IMG/VR virus record: IMGVR_UViG_3300003320_000620 | Span: 1 to 64,000 of that record | DNA length: 64,000 nt | Reading direction: 5' to 3' (one strand) | From: a virus | Taxonomy: Duplodnaviria; Caudoviricetes | Part shown: positions 9,406 to 18,652 of the stretch, piece by piece | Position numbering within the stretch: the first letter of the stretch is position 1 | Layout: every line of letters begins with the position of its first letter | Made by a program: the position numbers and the translations under genes | Notes under the pieces: generated by a model | What the model was told of the DNA's origin: nothing | The model's database searches: none | Seen by the model: only the letters and a program-made list of their open reading frames with translations

Positions 9406-9924
9406 TTAATGTTTACGAGCAGAAAGGTGATACCGGGTAGCAGGCCTATTTGCCTGCCCAGCCACTTCTTTAGTGGTTACTTTGTAACCTTTCGCCCTCA
9501 ACTCATTGAGGATATTGTATTGTACGGTTCCTGTTTTTGCCTTTACTTCGGCCAAGGTGGCGCCCTTAGGCGCAGAATACATGGCGGCAGCAATGCTGCG
9601 TGCAGTTCCCTCACGGAATCCATACCTGTCGACCTTAGCCTCTTTGGCAGGCTTCTTAGCTGTTTTAGCCTTACGAACACCCTTGGCTTTGCCATTGGCC
9701 TTAGCTTTCTGCTTCTGCCGCTTGGCCTTTGGCTTTGAAACCTTCTCTTCAGAATTCAAACCCTCAACCTCGACTACAGGCTGTTCCCAATCAGCAGGTA
9801 GTTCCTGCTCACCAACCCAACCAGTTTCCTGAGTTTCCATCTTTGGTTCTGGGATGACTTCCTGCTTAACCTCTTCGGTCAGAGGCTTGCTCACATCATC
9901 ATACGTATCGTTCATCAAACTCAA
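9406..9924 (-). CDS. Lys/Ala-rich putative DNA-binding protein with DUF3489-like winged HTH (paralog 1)
   Basis: Acidic N-terminus, K/A-rich linker and REGTARSIAAAMYSAPKGATLAEV motif. Confidence 0.7.
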   Translation of the reverse strand: MSLMNDTYDDVSKPLTEEVKQEVIPEPKMETQETGWVGEQELPADWEQPVVEVEGLNSEEKVSKPKAKRQKQKAKANGKAKGVRKAKTAKKPAKEAKVDRYGFREGTARSIAAAMYSAPKGATLAEVKAKTGTVQYNILNELRAKGYKVTTKEVAGQANRPATRYHLSARKH

Positions 9925-9941
9925 CTCCTAAATGGTCAAAC

Positions 9942-9978
9942 GACACACAGATAAAGCGATCACTTAGCTGTGTGTCAA
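9942..9978 (-). promoter_or_regulatory. Putative sigma70 -35 box overlapped by a 9-bp inverted repeat (operator-like)
   Basis: GACACACAG (9942-9950) and CTGTGTGTC (9968-9976). TTGACA lies on the minus strand at 9978-9973; the -10 box is weak. Confidence 0.4.
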
Positions 9979-9983
9979 GGGCA

Positions 9984-10274
9984 TTAATTATCGATTTTTG
10001 GGTAACCCTTATCGCCTACCTTAATAGAACCGTACCCCATCGCCCTGATGGCAGCCCAGACCGTAGAAAACTGCGGCCTTTTGGTCTTGCCTTTTTCCCA
10101 ATTACGTACTGTTGTCGCTGTTGGGCCACCACTTTCTTCTATGGCGGCGTAGCCAATTTTCTTGAATTGACGCACAGTTCTGACTGCATCAATGATTGGG
10201 TCCTTGTCACGGAACATGTAACTGTTATAGACCCTTAGTGCCCCTCGCTTCTTGGGGCTTTTCTTTCCATTCAC
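9984..10274 (-). CDS. XRE-family HTH transcriptional regulator
   Basis: AAIEESGGPTATTVRNWEKGKTKRPQFSTVWAAIRAMG. Confidence 0.75.
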   Translation of the reverse strand: MNGKKSPKKRGALRVYNSYMFRDKDPIIDAVRTVRQFKKIGYAAIEESGGPTATTVRNWEKGKTKRPQFSTVWAAIRAMGYGSIKVGDKGYPKIDN

Positions 10275-10286
10275 AATAGTTCCTCC

Positions 10287-11375
10287 TCACTCATCGCTGT
10301 TGGAATCCAACCCCGTAGATTGGACCTTACGTGGCCGTAAGTGCTTTGTCCGCTTGCCGGAATTTACATGCTCTGCCAGCATTTGGTAGATTGTTGTCAG
10401 GGTTGCTGTGGCAGATGAGGCCAAAGGCGCCAGCCCTGGGTCGGTGTTAATTGGGAATGAAGCGATTTTGGCGCGCATTGGCGCTTCAATAAACAGCTTC
10501 TCTTCCCTAGGCCCTTTCCAGAAGTCATGGTGATTGCTGAAGAACCGTGCCAGCATAACAAGGAATGAGGCCTGTAGGTGCCGTGAAAGGTCCCTATATT
10601 GTACGTTCTTCACCCCCCACATTTCCTCAATGTAGGTAAAGAATGTGCGAATATTGTCCCTGACCCCACTAGCTGTGATCTTTTCTGAAAGAGCATTCAG
10701 CTGATTTGCCAGATTAAAAAGGCTCTTCTCCCTGCCGGGGGAAATGTGCTGATGCAGTTCACCAGCTATCTTCAAGATATTGAAGGCTGTTATCAGATGA
10801 TGACGCTTCATATTCTGATCCCAGCATGTTCTGCCACCAAGACAGAACCCAAAGTTGTCCGATTCTGTCAGTTTGTACAACACATTTATGAGGTTGTGGT
10901 CCTCCCTCATATTTCTGGCCAGAACGTTTGGCGCTACCTTCACACGGTAGGAGTTTAGAACGCGGAACCGTTCGCGCTCCCATGCCTTGTCTGTGTTGAA
11001 GTGTATGGTGGCCCCGATGAACACAGGTACCCCTGGGTTGACCAGTAGGGACGTTTTGCCAGCACTTACACGCTGTTGGCCATCTATAATGAAGCACTCA
11101 TCTTGAAGGTACCAAGCGTCAGGCTCACCCTTCACATCCCTTGTCCTTGACCCACGCATGCCAATCTCAATATCTGGCAACGGGCTGCCGCTCTTGATGG
11201 CCCCCATCAAGCTTTTTAGGGAAGCTAGTGGCAGCACCTCCCGCTGATAGTCATCTACCAGCAAGTTATTGAGGCTTTGGGCATCAATAACACCACGGAG
11301 GATGATGGAGCCCCCACGAAGCGAGCTTTCGTGGAGAGCGCCATGAATAACTTTCACTGACTTTGTCTCAGCCAT
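10287..11375 (-). CDS. ParB/Srx-like (DGQHR-type) N-terminal domain protein
   Basis: LLVDDYQRE and FIIDGQQRVSA (GxxRxxA) motifs. Confidence 0.65.
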   Translation of the reverse strand: MAETKSVKVIHGALHESSLRGGSIILRGVIDAQSLNNLLVDDYQREVLPLASLKSLMGAIKSGSPLPDIEIGMRGSRTRDVKGEPDAWYLQDECFIIDGQQRVSAGKTSLLVNPGVPVFIGATIHFNTDKAWERERFRVLNSYRVKVAPNVLARNMREDHNLINVLYKLTESDNFGFCLGGRTCWDQNMKRHHLITAFNILKIAGELHQHISPGREKSLFNLANQLNALSEKITASGVRDNIRTFFTYIEEMWGVKNVQYRDLSRHLQASFLVMLARFFSNHHDFWKGPREEKLFIEAPMRAKIASFPINTDPGLAPLASSATATLTTIYQMLAEHVNSGKRTKHLRPRKVQSTGLDSNSDE

Positions 11376-11417
11376 TTGGACTCCTTTGAGTTGGAATGGC
11401 TTTTTTTAATACGAGAG

Positions 11418-11786
11418 TTATTTACCCACCTTTTTCGCAAGAACGTTGTATTCCCCCTTTTCACTGTTGTAGACACCCAGAACTTTTAGATCTCTCAACC
11501 CTTTGACGTAGTAAGGAAGCCCATCAGGATTTCCTCCTATTGTTTTGATCATTTCCTTCAAAGCATCCCTTTGAAGGGCTTTGGCTTTTGCAGCTGAAAT
11601 TAGATGAGCAACCTTTTCAGCCATGCTGCCCCCTACAGGCTCGCTTTCTGCGATAGCTTTTTTGCCACGCTTTACAAGTGCCCCCCGTATGCCCCGCAGT
11701 TCCATGTCAACGACTTTGCCGTCAATGGCTTCCAGCACTTCACTTAGCTTTTTTGCTTCTACTTTCAGGATTATTTCCCACAGCAT
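11418..11786 (-). CDS. Hypothetical protein, possibly DNA-binding
   Basis: 122-aa basic ORF with strong GGAGGA SD. Confidence 0.6.
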   Translation of the reverse strand: MLWEIILKVEAKKLSEVLEAIDGKVVDMELRGIRGALVKRGKKAIAESEPVGGSMAEKVAHLISAAKAKALQRDALKEMIKTIGGNPDGLPYYVKGLRDLKVLGVYNSEKGEYNVLAKKVGK

Positions 11787-11920
11787 TTTCTCCTCCTTTT
11801 GTTATGCTGGCGAAGTATGCTTCGCCAGCAGCAGTCAGTTTGAAGGTTTCAACTCCATCCTCAAACACAACTACAACGTAGCCTTTGCCTATCATCCATT
11901 CTCTAGATGCAGGCAGAAGC

Positions 11921-12256
11921 TCAGTTACCATCTGGATGTTTGATTTCATACCTATCCCAAGCTTCATCCATGCGCTTGCGTAGCTCAAGCCCAAAAGACA
12001 TCAGAAGATTACTGCAGGCCTGCAGGCCTTTCCTGACATGGGCTTCTGTTCGAATATTGTGCCTAGTGAAAGCGTGTTTGACTGTAAAATCAGCCAAGAC
12101 AGCAGTCAAACCGATCCCAAAATGCTTTTGATCTTGAAGATCAATTATTCTTTTTCTTATTTCTTCATAAATAGGAAGTTTCATTATGTGATTGAAATCA
12201 TCATCTGATGACATAGCGTATTCTCCTCTCTTTTGATGTTTTGCAGTATTCAGCAT
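11921..12256 (-). CDS. Hypothetical protein
   Basis: Likely start MSSDDDF after a GAGAGGAG SD. Confidence 0.55.
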   Translation of the reverse strand: MLNTAKHQKRGEYAMSSDDDFNHIMKLPIYEEIRKRIIDLQDQKHFGIGLTAVLADFTVKHAFTRHNIRTEAHVRKGLQACSNLLMSFGLELRKRMDEAWDRYEIKHPDGN

Positions 12257-12551
12257 GAATCTCAGGCTCTTCTTCTTTAAGAGCCTTTTGATCCAGGCGG
12301 GCTACTGTGCAGTAGGACAAATGTGCTTTGAATTCGGATCCCAGAACCTCTCCTGGTTTCTTCCTCCTGAAGGATTCAACTTCGTCCCTGATGGCTTTAT
12401 CCATTGCTTCAGTTATTCTTTCTATGGCTGAGATCCTAGCCCCCACATCCACTGTGGCTTGGAGGTTTAGTTTGGGCACTATTGCCCGGAGCTTTTCAAG
12501 GGAAAGTGATATTCCCTTCAAAAGCTCCCGTGCTTCATCTGCTGCCGTCAC
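12201..12551 (-). CDS. Hypothetical phage protein
   Basis: C-terminal ARLDQKALKEEEPEIHAEYCKTS motif, a pattern seen in phage recombination-module proteins. Confidence 0.6.
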   Translation of the reverse strand: MTAADEARELLKGISLSLEKLRAIVPKLNLQATVDVGARISAIERITEAMDKAIRDEVESFRRKKPGEVLGSEFKAHLSYCTVARLDQKALKEEEPEIHAEYCKTSKERRIRYVIR

Positions 12552-12829
12552 TGAATGTGTTCCTTGGCTTCTGCTTCCTCGGTTTCTGGCCCATCACAAA
12601 CAAATTCGTTGTGCTTTGCTATTGTCTCAGTTTGCCGAAGCATTAGCTTTACAAGAAGGGCTACTCCTTTCATAAAGCACTTTTTATGCCTGCACGGCAG
12701 CATCTGAGCCAAAGCTTCTATTGCCGCAGTTGCCAATACAGGCGCTTGAAAATTACCAAGAGTGCTTGTAACTGAGAGAACATCATTCATCGCTGATTCA
12801 AACTCTTCAGGATTAGTAAGCTTACTCAT
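12548..12829 (-). CDS. Hypothetical protein
   Basis: Part of ORF 12548..12895; likely start MSKLTNPEEF after GGAGGAG. Confidence 0.55.
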   Translation of the reverse strand: MSKLTNPEEFESAMNDVLSVTSTLGNFQAPVLATAAIEALAQMLPCRHKKCFMKGVALLVKLMLRQTETIAKHNEFVCDGPETEEAEAKEHIQ

Positions 12830-12894
12830 TTTTCTCCTCCTTTTGAAGCGAAGTGCTTCCTGATGGGGGCAGTTGCCCGCCCCCACTAGAAACA

Positions 12895-14628
12895 CTACTG
12901 GTTGCTGATAATGGTTTCGGTGTCTTCCTTAACCCGGTCAACCCGATCCTTCAGCGTAGTCATGGCCTTCTGCAGGCCACCATTAGCCGCTTCCTTCCGC
13001 AGGGTTTGGACCCCTGTGTTGGCTGACGCGGCCTGATTTAGAATCTCTGAGATATAATTCTGAAGCCTGTCAACCGACGTGGTATCAAGGGTGCCAATGA
13101 CATCCCTGAGCGCCGAAGCCAGCCGGTCAGCTGCTGACGGTGCCTTGACCTCCTTGTTAAGGAGAGCCAAGTGGTTTTTCATAGTTTGAGCGGATGTGAC
13201 AATGTCCTCACCGCTTAAACGCTTAGCCCGACGGCCGATCATACCAAGTTTGGCACGCTCAACACATTCACGGATACTGGCAGGGATTTGACCTGCCAGT
13301 TCCTCACCCGCCCTTGTAAGGTCAGCACCTTCTTCCAGAAGATCACCCGCGTAGTAGCAGATGAGTTTCTGGACAGTACCGGCCTGTGGCGCCCGCAGTG
13401 AGATCACGGCGTCCAGCCTGCCCGGTCGCAGAATGACCGGGTTCAGCTTTTCGACATGATTGGTTGTCAGCACCGTCATGATTTTGGCAGATTTGCTGAC
13501 CACACCGTCGATCACATTGATCAAATCATTCATTTGATCATTGCGCTCACTTGCGATGCGATCAATGTCCTCCGCAAAAACCACGGCTGGGGCATACCTG
13601 TTGGCAAATTCCAAGGCTGTGCGCAGGCCTTGAACTTTATCCAGCAGTACAAACGTCCAGCCTTCGCGCTCACAGACGTTGGCGGTCATGCGTGCCGTCA
13701 ACGACTTGCCGGTGCCAAACGGCCCTTCAAGCAGAACGCCCCGCTTGAGCGGGATTTTTAGCTTTACGCACAGGGCCGTCTCCTTGATTGGAACCAGTAT
13801 GTTGGTATTGATCTGGTTCTCAATATCAGCATCAAACAGAAGGTTTGCTTCTGTAGTATTGCTGACGTCAAGGAATTCAGGCGGGTGGCTCAGGTCCAGA
13901 TGACCCTCATCGTTGACACCGAGCCTGATAGCTTTGCCGCGATAAATGCTGTTGGTTTTAAGCAGGCGCCGAGTTTCCTCGGCCAGCTCAACCAACACGT
14001 GCTTTTCTTTCTTTGTCACCTCAGTTGAGATGTAGAAAGCTGGGCGGCCTTTCGAATCTTCCCCAAATCCCGAATGAACCAATTCGGTAATTCCAGGCAG
14101 TTTGAAGGCACCCATGGGGCACTGCAGCACGTCTTCTTCGTTTGGCCCCACCTTGATGCTGAGCATTGCAGGCGGCTGCGGCCCGAAGAAAGTCATGACC
14201 GTCTGTGGGCTGGCCCAACCGTAGAGGTTGGTCATGGCGCGCACAAAGGCCACTGCGGCGTCGTGAGGGTACGCATCAAAGTATTCAACAGCCTGAAATT
14301 CCTGGTTGTCATCATTGATGCGCCGCTGAAGCGCTTCGACTGCCTTTTCCATCGGCATTTTGGATGGGTCGTCCGGCAGCGTGATGGCACGCCCTGAATG
14401 TTCAATTGGAACTTCCAGTTTGTCCCACTGCTTTTCAGCCTTCTTCCTCAGTTCTTCCTCAACCATAGCGTTGAGGATGTCTGACCTCACTTCGTCACGC
14501 GTCTTTTCAACAGCTTTTGCCATTATTCTCTCTTCCTCCTTAGTGATAAAGGCAATAGAATGCCCTGAAGCACAACAAGTGCTTCCTAATGGGCTGAACC
14601 TGTCAGCCCATCGAGCTGCACTTTTCAA
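12895..14628 (-). CDS. AAA+ ATPase (classical clade; true start probably MAKAVEK near 14523)
   Basis: Walker A GVLLEGPFGTGKS, Walker B VVFAEDID, SRH TTNHVEKLNPVILRPGRLD. Confidence 0.9.
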   Translation of the reverse strand: MKSAARWADRFSPLGSTCCASGHSIAFITKEEERIMAKAVEKTRDEVRSDILNAMVEEELRKKAEKQWDKLEVPIEHSGRAITLPDDPSKMPMEKAVEALQRRINDDNQEFQAVEYFDAYPHDAAVAFVRAMTNLYGWASPQTVMTFFGPQPPAMLSIKVGPNEEDVLQCPMGAFKLPGITELVHSGFGEDSKGRPAFYISTEVTKKEKHVLVELAEETRRLLKTNSIYRGKAIRLGVNDEGHLDLSHPPEFLDVSNTTEANLLFDADIENQINTNILVPIKETALCVKLKIPLKRGVLLEGPFGTGKSLTARMTANVCEREGWTFVLLDKVQGLRTALEFANRYAPAVVFAEDIDRIASERNDQMNDLINVIDGVVSKSAKIMTVLTTNHVEKLNPVILRPGRLDAVISLRAPQAGTVQKLICYYAGDLLEEGADLTRAGEELAGQIPASIRECVERAKLGMIGRRAKRLSGEDIVTSAQTMKNHLALLNKEVKAPSAADRLASALRDVIGTLDTTSVDRLQNYISEILNQAASANTGVQTLRKEAANGGLQKAMTTLKDRVDRVKEDTETIISNQ

Positions 14629-15014
14629 TTAAGTTTGCTATTGGAGACAACCACTACTTCTTTGTCTCCAGGCTCCCTTTCTTTGGCAGCCTCTTCCCAG
14701 CAAGCTTCAGCGGATCCAGCAACTTGCTCAAACATATGTTTGATCAACACATCAACACCGTCTTTGCTGCCGCCAGACTTGAAGATTGTGCTGGCAATTG
14801 ATACCCCCAGCAAGTTGGCGGCGGCATTGCAGTTTGTCATAGCCCAGACACTTTGGCTAGCGTTTTCCCTGCTTAGGACGGTGTTGAGGATTTCATTGTA
14901 GGCTTCGATTAGCTTGTTGGTGATTTCGGAAATCAGCTCTTGCATTTTTCGGTTTGGCAGCAGTTCGCTTTCTTCACTCATTTCACTTCCTCTCCCTTCA
15001 GTAGCCTGGGCCAA
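14625..15014 (-). CDS. Hypothetical protein
   Basis: 129-aa ORF in the operon. Confidence 0.55.
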   Translation of the reverse strand: MAQATEGRGSEMSEESELLPNRKMQELISEITNKLIEAYNEILNTVLSRENASQSVWAMTNCNAAANLLGVSIASTIFKSGGSKDGVDVLIKHMFEQVAGSAEACWEEAAKEREPGDKEVVVVSNSKLN

Positions 15015-15093
15015 AGATTACAGCCCAACCAATGATAAGGTAAACCACAACAGTCATAAGGATTGAGGTTTTGTATCCCATGTCTATCTCCGT

Positions 15094-15375
15094 TTACCTG
15101 CACCGCAGCAACAACCACTCGACTGCTTGTTGGCGGTGCTCAGGGTTAATAATAAGTTCCCACTCACTCATGCCGTCTGGATGACGGCGTATTAGCCTGA
15201 GGGCGATGTGTGGCGTAACATGCACGTCATCGTCTGGTACATAATCCTTATGAGGTAAGGACCAGCGTACTCCAACGGTGACGCGCTTTTTTGGAAGCCA
15301 GTGGCAGGCCACCCCTCTTTCAGGGTGGCCGTTGAAGGCCCTTAGGACCTTTTGGGTGTTTAGGATGAGCCGCAT
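15094..15375 (-). CDS. Hypothetical protein
   Basis: 93-aa ORF, coupled to the upstream gene. Confidence 0.5.
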   Translation of the reverse strand: MRLILNTQKVLRAFNGHPERGVACHWLPKKRVTVGVRWSLPHKDYVPDDDVHVTPHIALRLIRRHPDGMSEWELIINPEHRQQAVEWLLLRCR

Positions 15376-15647
15376 TATGGATGGTCGTAGCCTTTCACAT
15401 ACTTTTTGGCTTCATCTTTGCTGACAAATTTTCCATCCCAGTCAAGGTAGACTTGATCAAAGTTGCCCTCGTCAATAAGTTCACAGATTATTTCCTTTTG
15501 ACGCGGTGTGTCGTGCTGAAGCGCTGCGCTCATTGAGGAACCAATTTCACAGTATTCCTCAAGGAGCTTTAGGGCTTTTTGGCTATGAAACGTCCACGCC
15601 TTAAGGGTTCCCCATTTAAGGGTTAGGCTGTCCTTTTTCTCTGTCAT
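15375..15647 (-). CDS. Hypothetical phage protein
   Basis: LTLKWGTLKAW...DWDGKFVSKDEAKKYV pattern; likely start MTEKKDS. Confidence 0.6.
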   Translation of the reverse strand: MTEKKDSLTLKWGTLKAWTFHSQKALKLLEEYCEIGSSMSAALQHDTPRQKEIICELIDEGNFDQVYLDWDGKFVSKDEAKKYVKGYDHP

Positions 15648-15648
15648 G

Positions 15649-15954
15649 TTAATCCATCCTGCAGATTTCACAGCTTCGGTCAGGTTGAATTATTGCCACC
15701 CAAGCATAGGGATAAATCAGAATTAATTCATCCCTGAACTGACATGAAGCCAACGGGCTTATGTCAGGGTCGCCAAGATAACTAAGTGTGTTATCCTTGT
15801 TGAGGGTGTGGCCAGTAAAGGGACGCCAGCCTGACACATAGTTTGTGTCAAACTGTTCCTTTGCAGGCTTGGGATCCTTATCATCTAGGAAAAATGGTAT
15901 AATCCCAAGATGATCAGGCGTTGCCCTACGGTCCAGAAACTTCCATGTGAGCAT
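15649..15954 (-). CDS. Hypothetical phage protein
   Basis: LGIIPFFLDDKDPKPAKEQFD...YPYAWVAIIQPD..EICRMD, with strong SD. Confidence 0.65.
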   Translation of the reverse strand: MLTWKFLDRRATPDHLGIIPFFLDDKDPKPAKEQFDTNYVSGWRPFTGHTLNKDNTLSYLGDPDISPLASCQFRDELILIYPYAWVAIIQPDRSCEICRMD

Positions 15955-15987
15955 TTTCTCCTCCTTTTTGAAGCGGTCTAAGCGCTT

Positions 15988-16010
15988 CTCACTGCTGAGC
16001 TAAAAACTCA
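15988..16010. terminator. Hairpin CTGCTGAG-CTAAAAA-CTCAGCAG
   Basis: Perfect 8-bp stem in an intergenic gap. Confidence 0.45.
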
Positions 16011-16024
16011 GCAGGAAGCTGCGC

Positions 16025-16345
16025 TCAGTGAAGTGGCCGGTCTTCAACAGCCCTTTTCAGTAGGTCTTTGCCTAGCCTCTTCATTTCAGTGACATTGGAC
16101 TTTGCAATCAAACGCCCCAGACCTTTGCACAAGGCCTCCTTCAGGTCAGCCGGTACCGCAAGGCCTTTCCCAGGCATCCAAACATCATTTTTGTCTTTGT
16201 AAATTGTGCGGATGCTGAAGTAGCGTTGTCCTTTGAAGTCGCTAAGGTAGGCCACAACACGCTCACCATTTGGCTTTTCAGCCAATTCGCTGAAAGTGCC
16301 AGGGATGTGGTCGAAGCCCAGCTGAACAGTCATCTTTTTAGTCAT
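16025..16345 (-). CDS. PC4/p15-like ssDNA-binding protein
   Basis: VVAYLSDFKGQRYFSIRTIYKDKNDVWMPGKGLAV matches the PC4 fold signature (F.G..Y.DIR..Y...GEW.P.KGI). Confidence 0.8.
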   Translation of the reverse strand: MTKKMTVQLGFDHIPGTFSELAEKPNGERVVAYLSDFKGQRYFSIRTIYKDKNDVWMPGKGLAVPADLKEALCKGLGRLIAKSNVTEMKRLGKDLLKRAVEDRPLH

Positions 16346-16506
16346 GTGTCATCTCCTCCATTTTGCGGTGCATAAGCACACCCTGAGATGGCCCATGTAG
16401 GGCCATCCTAGCTGCGCTTCAGCCCTCTTCTTGCATTTTGGCTATTTGGTCGCGGATGCGACTAGCTACCAACCGCTCCACTTCAGCCCCCATAAGTGGA
16501 AGCCTT

Positions 16507-16791
16507 TCATTGAGGTATTGTTGACCAGTGTGGTGGGCGCTCTAAACGCCCACCTGCATCCAGCGCAGCGCATAGGGTATCATCACGGGAAAGTGGCCGT
16601 GCCCTAGATGCAGGCTGCTCCCGAAAGGCTTGATACAAGGCCTCACCACGAAGGCCAGTGACATGCCTAAGTGTTTCAAGCTTTTCCAGATCAGTCAGGG
16701 TGCTGCACACACCACCTGTTGGAACAGGTAGCTTTTTAGGGGCCATTGAAGACGGCCCTACTGGCTTCCTGAGCTTTTCCCTCATTTCCAT
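16507..16791 (-). CDS. Hypothetical protein
   Basis: 94 aa with GGAGG SD. Confidence 0.45.
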   Translation of the reverse strand: MEMREKLRKPVGPSSMAPKKLPVPTGGVCSTLTDLEKLETLRHVTGLRGEALYQAFREQPASRARPLSRDDTLCAALDAGGRLERPPHWSTIPQ

Positions 16792-17284
16792 CCTCCTTCC
16801 TTGGTTGAACTGAATAACCCGCTAAGCACTTCCTGGTTTCAGTTTCGTAGAGCATCATCAGGCACCAGCTAGTACCCAATTCAACACCAAGAAGCGCTCT
16901 TAGCAGGTAGAAAAAGCCTAGACTTATTGCGAACGCATTGATTGAACACCAATCAATTCTCAGGCGGTACTTTCTCATGATTCTCCAGCCAGTCGTTGAG
17001 GCCAAAAGCGAGTAAAGTTACTAACATCCCGCTCATGACACCTATGGCGTAGTAATACCACATTTCCCTACCTCCTTTGTTTAAGTCAACGTTAGGTTGC
17101 TTTCTTTGTGGCGCTTTGCTGTGCTTATCTTATGTGAATTATCTTCAGGCTGCACAGTATGTGCAGCCTGCCGTAGACCCAGTCAAAGGCCGTTGCAATG
17201 GCTCCGTAGTCATCCACACATACTACTTTCATGTAGCGGGTAGAGGCCTGATGTTTGGGGGGCCTTTTATGACGGTGCCAGTAT

Positions 17285-17617
17285 CTAATCCTGACTGTGT
17301 ATGTTTTCGTCACCGTTCCCACCTTTTCTTGTGCTTGGGAACCGCTTTTCGCGATCAAAGTGACCGTGTTGGGTGTAACCGTTCAGATCAATTACACCCC
17401 ACAAAAAGCTATTCCATCTTTCGCTGTTTGGTGCCCTTGGCGATCTCAGCAGGTAAAAATCCCAAACTGAGGTATTGATCACCAGTTCCTGCACTTTCCT
17501 GGGTAATGCAGCATACTTCAGTGGTCCTTTTACGATTGTGGCCCGGTCATGTTTCAGCATTTCACGCGGGAACGGAGGCCGCCCGAAAGCGACGTAGTTG
17601 TACGGCTTATCGCCCAT
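17285..17617 (-). CDS. Hypothetical protein
   Basis: 110 aa with GGAGGGG SD, inside the first long-range stem. Confidence 0.6.
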   Translation of the reverse strand: MGDKPYNYVAFGRPPFPREMLKHDRATIVKGPLKYAALPRKVQELVINTSVWDFYLLRSPRAPNSERWNSFLWGVIDLNGYTQHGHFDREKRFPSTRKGGNGDENIHSQD

Positions 17618-17719
17618 TTACCCCTCCTTTTGTTTCTTTCAATTTGAAAGCGCCACAAAAAGAGCAACCTAGTGTTCACAAAGACTCAGGCTGCCAGTTT
17701 TGAGGCGCCTTTAGATTGT

Positions 17720-17953
17720 TTATTTCCTGCTGTAGATGAGTAGGTAGTTGCATCCTTTTGCCCTGATATCTGTTATGGCAGGGCAGCTGTCACATCTTCC
17801 TTTCGTGTAGAATTTGTTGGGCTCGTCAATGGTCAAGCGTTTGCCACAGCCATCACAGGTGAACTTTTGATAGACTGTGCCACCCTTCTCAATCCATTCA
17901 CGGGCCGTTTTTGCTACATCGTCAAAAGGAAAGTCAGGGGCTTCTTCCGTCAT
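17720..17953 (-). CDS. Small Zn-ribbon protein
   Basis: Part of ORF 17720..18025 (likely start MTEEAPDF) with CDGC...CDSC. Confidence 0.65.
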   Translation of the reverse strand: MTEEAPDFPFDDVAKTAREWIEKGGTVYQKFTCDGCGKRLTIDEPNKFYTKGRCDSCPAITDIRAKGCNYLLIYSRK

Positions 17954-18128
17954 TTGCCTATCCTGATCCTGCGTGGAAGGCACCCCAGTGGGATGATGGC
18001 TAACAGCCCGCCGTACTGATAGCAATAGAGGCGCGTTGCAGTACGGAAGTATGTTATCCTCCCACTGGCGATGTTGTAAGCCAAAACGTGGCCATCATGC
18101 TGTTCAAGGTGCTTCATTTCAGCCCCTC

Positions 18129-18323
18129 TTAATTGTCCGCAAAGTAGCGGCAATTGAAACATTGGCATTTGTGGCCATGAATTGCTGCGCTGGCGTGCCA
18201 AGTCGCTGGCTGGCCCCCTGATTGTTCGTCAGCAAAGCAAAACCACGCTATCTTTGCGTGGTTTTCAGACGAAGTGTTTATGCTGGCTCGTGTTAAGTCT
18301 AACCACTGCTTTAAGGTCTTCAT
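18129..18323 (-). CDS. Small hypothetical protein
   Basis: 64 aa, AAAGGA SD, C-terminal HKCQCFNC. Confidence 0.5.
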   Translation of the reverse strand: MKTLKQWLDLTRASINTSSENHAKIAWFCFADEQSGGQPATWHASAAIHGHKCQCFNCRYFADN

Positions 18324-18424
18324 GTGTCATGTGTCCTTTCATAGATGAAAGGCGCCCCAAGACAAGCAGCCTGAGCTTTGTGAGATACTGACACCAGCCA
18401 GCTTTAGGGTGCTTGGATTATCAT

Positions 18425-18652
18425 CTACTTCTTGCTTTGCTGAAACAAAGCAATTTTCTCTATGTATTCAGGTGGGAATGGGCAGTCATACAGCTTTGCC
18501 ATGGTTTGGCAAATTACTACCTCAAACCCTTTTTCGATATTGCAGGCCCAGGTGTTGACTACCAAATTCCACTCACGCGGATCATGTGGCTTGTCTATGC
18601 CGTAAACGTTGCAGGCAAAAGCATGTAGCTCATCTGGTGATCTCATTTGCAT
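18425..18652 (-). CDS. Small hypothetical protein
   Basis: 75 aa, AAAGGA SD; exactly fills the loop of the third inverted-repeat pair. Confidence 0.55.
   Translation of the reverse strand: MQMRSPDELHAFACNVYGIDKPHDPREWNLVVNTWACNIEKGFEVVICQTMAKLYDCPFPPEYIEKIALFQQSKK

Noticed and set aside
1507-14901. Plus-strand ORFs overlapping the minus-strand early genes
   Set aside because: Shadow ORFs antisense to well-supported genes, with no recognisable motifs or SD sites.
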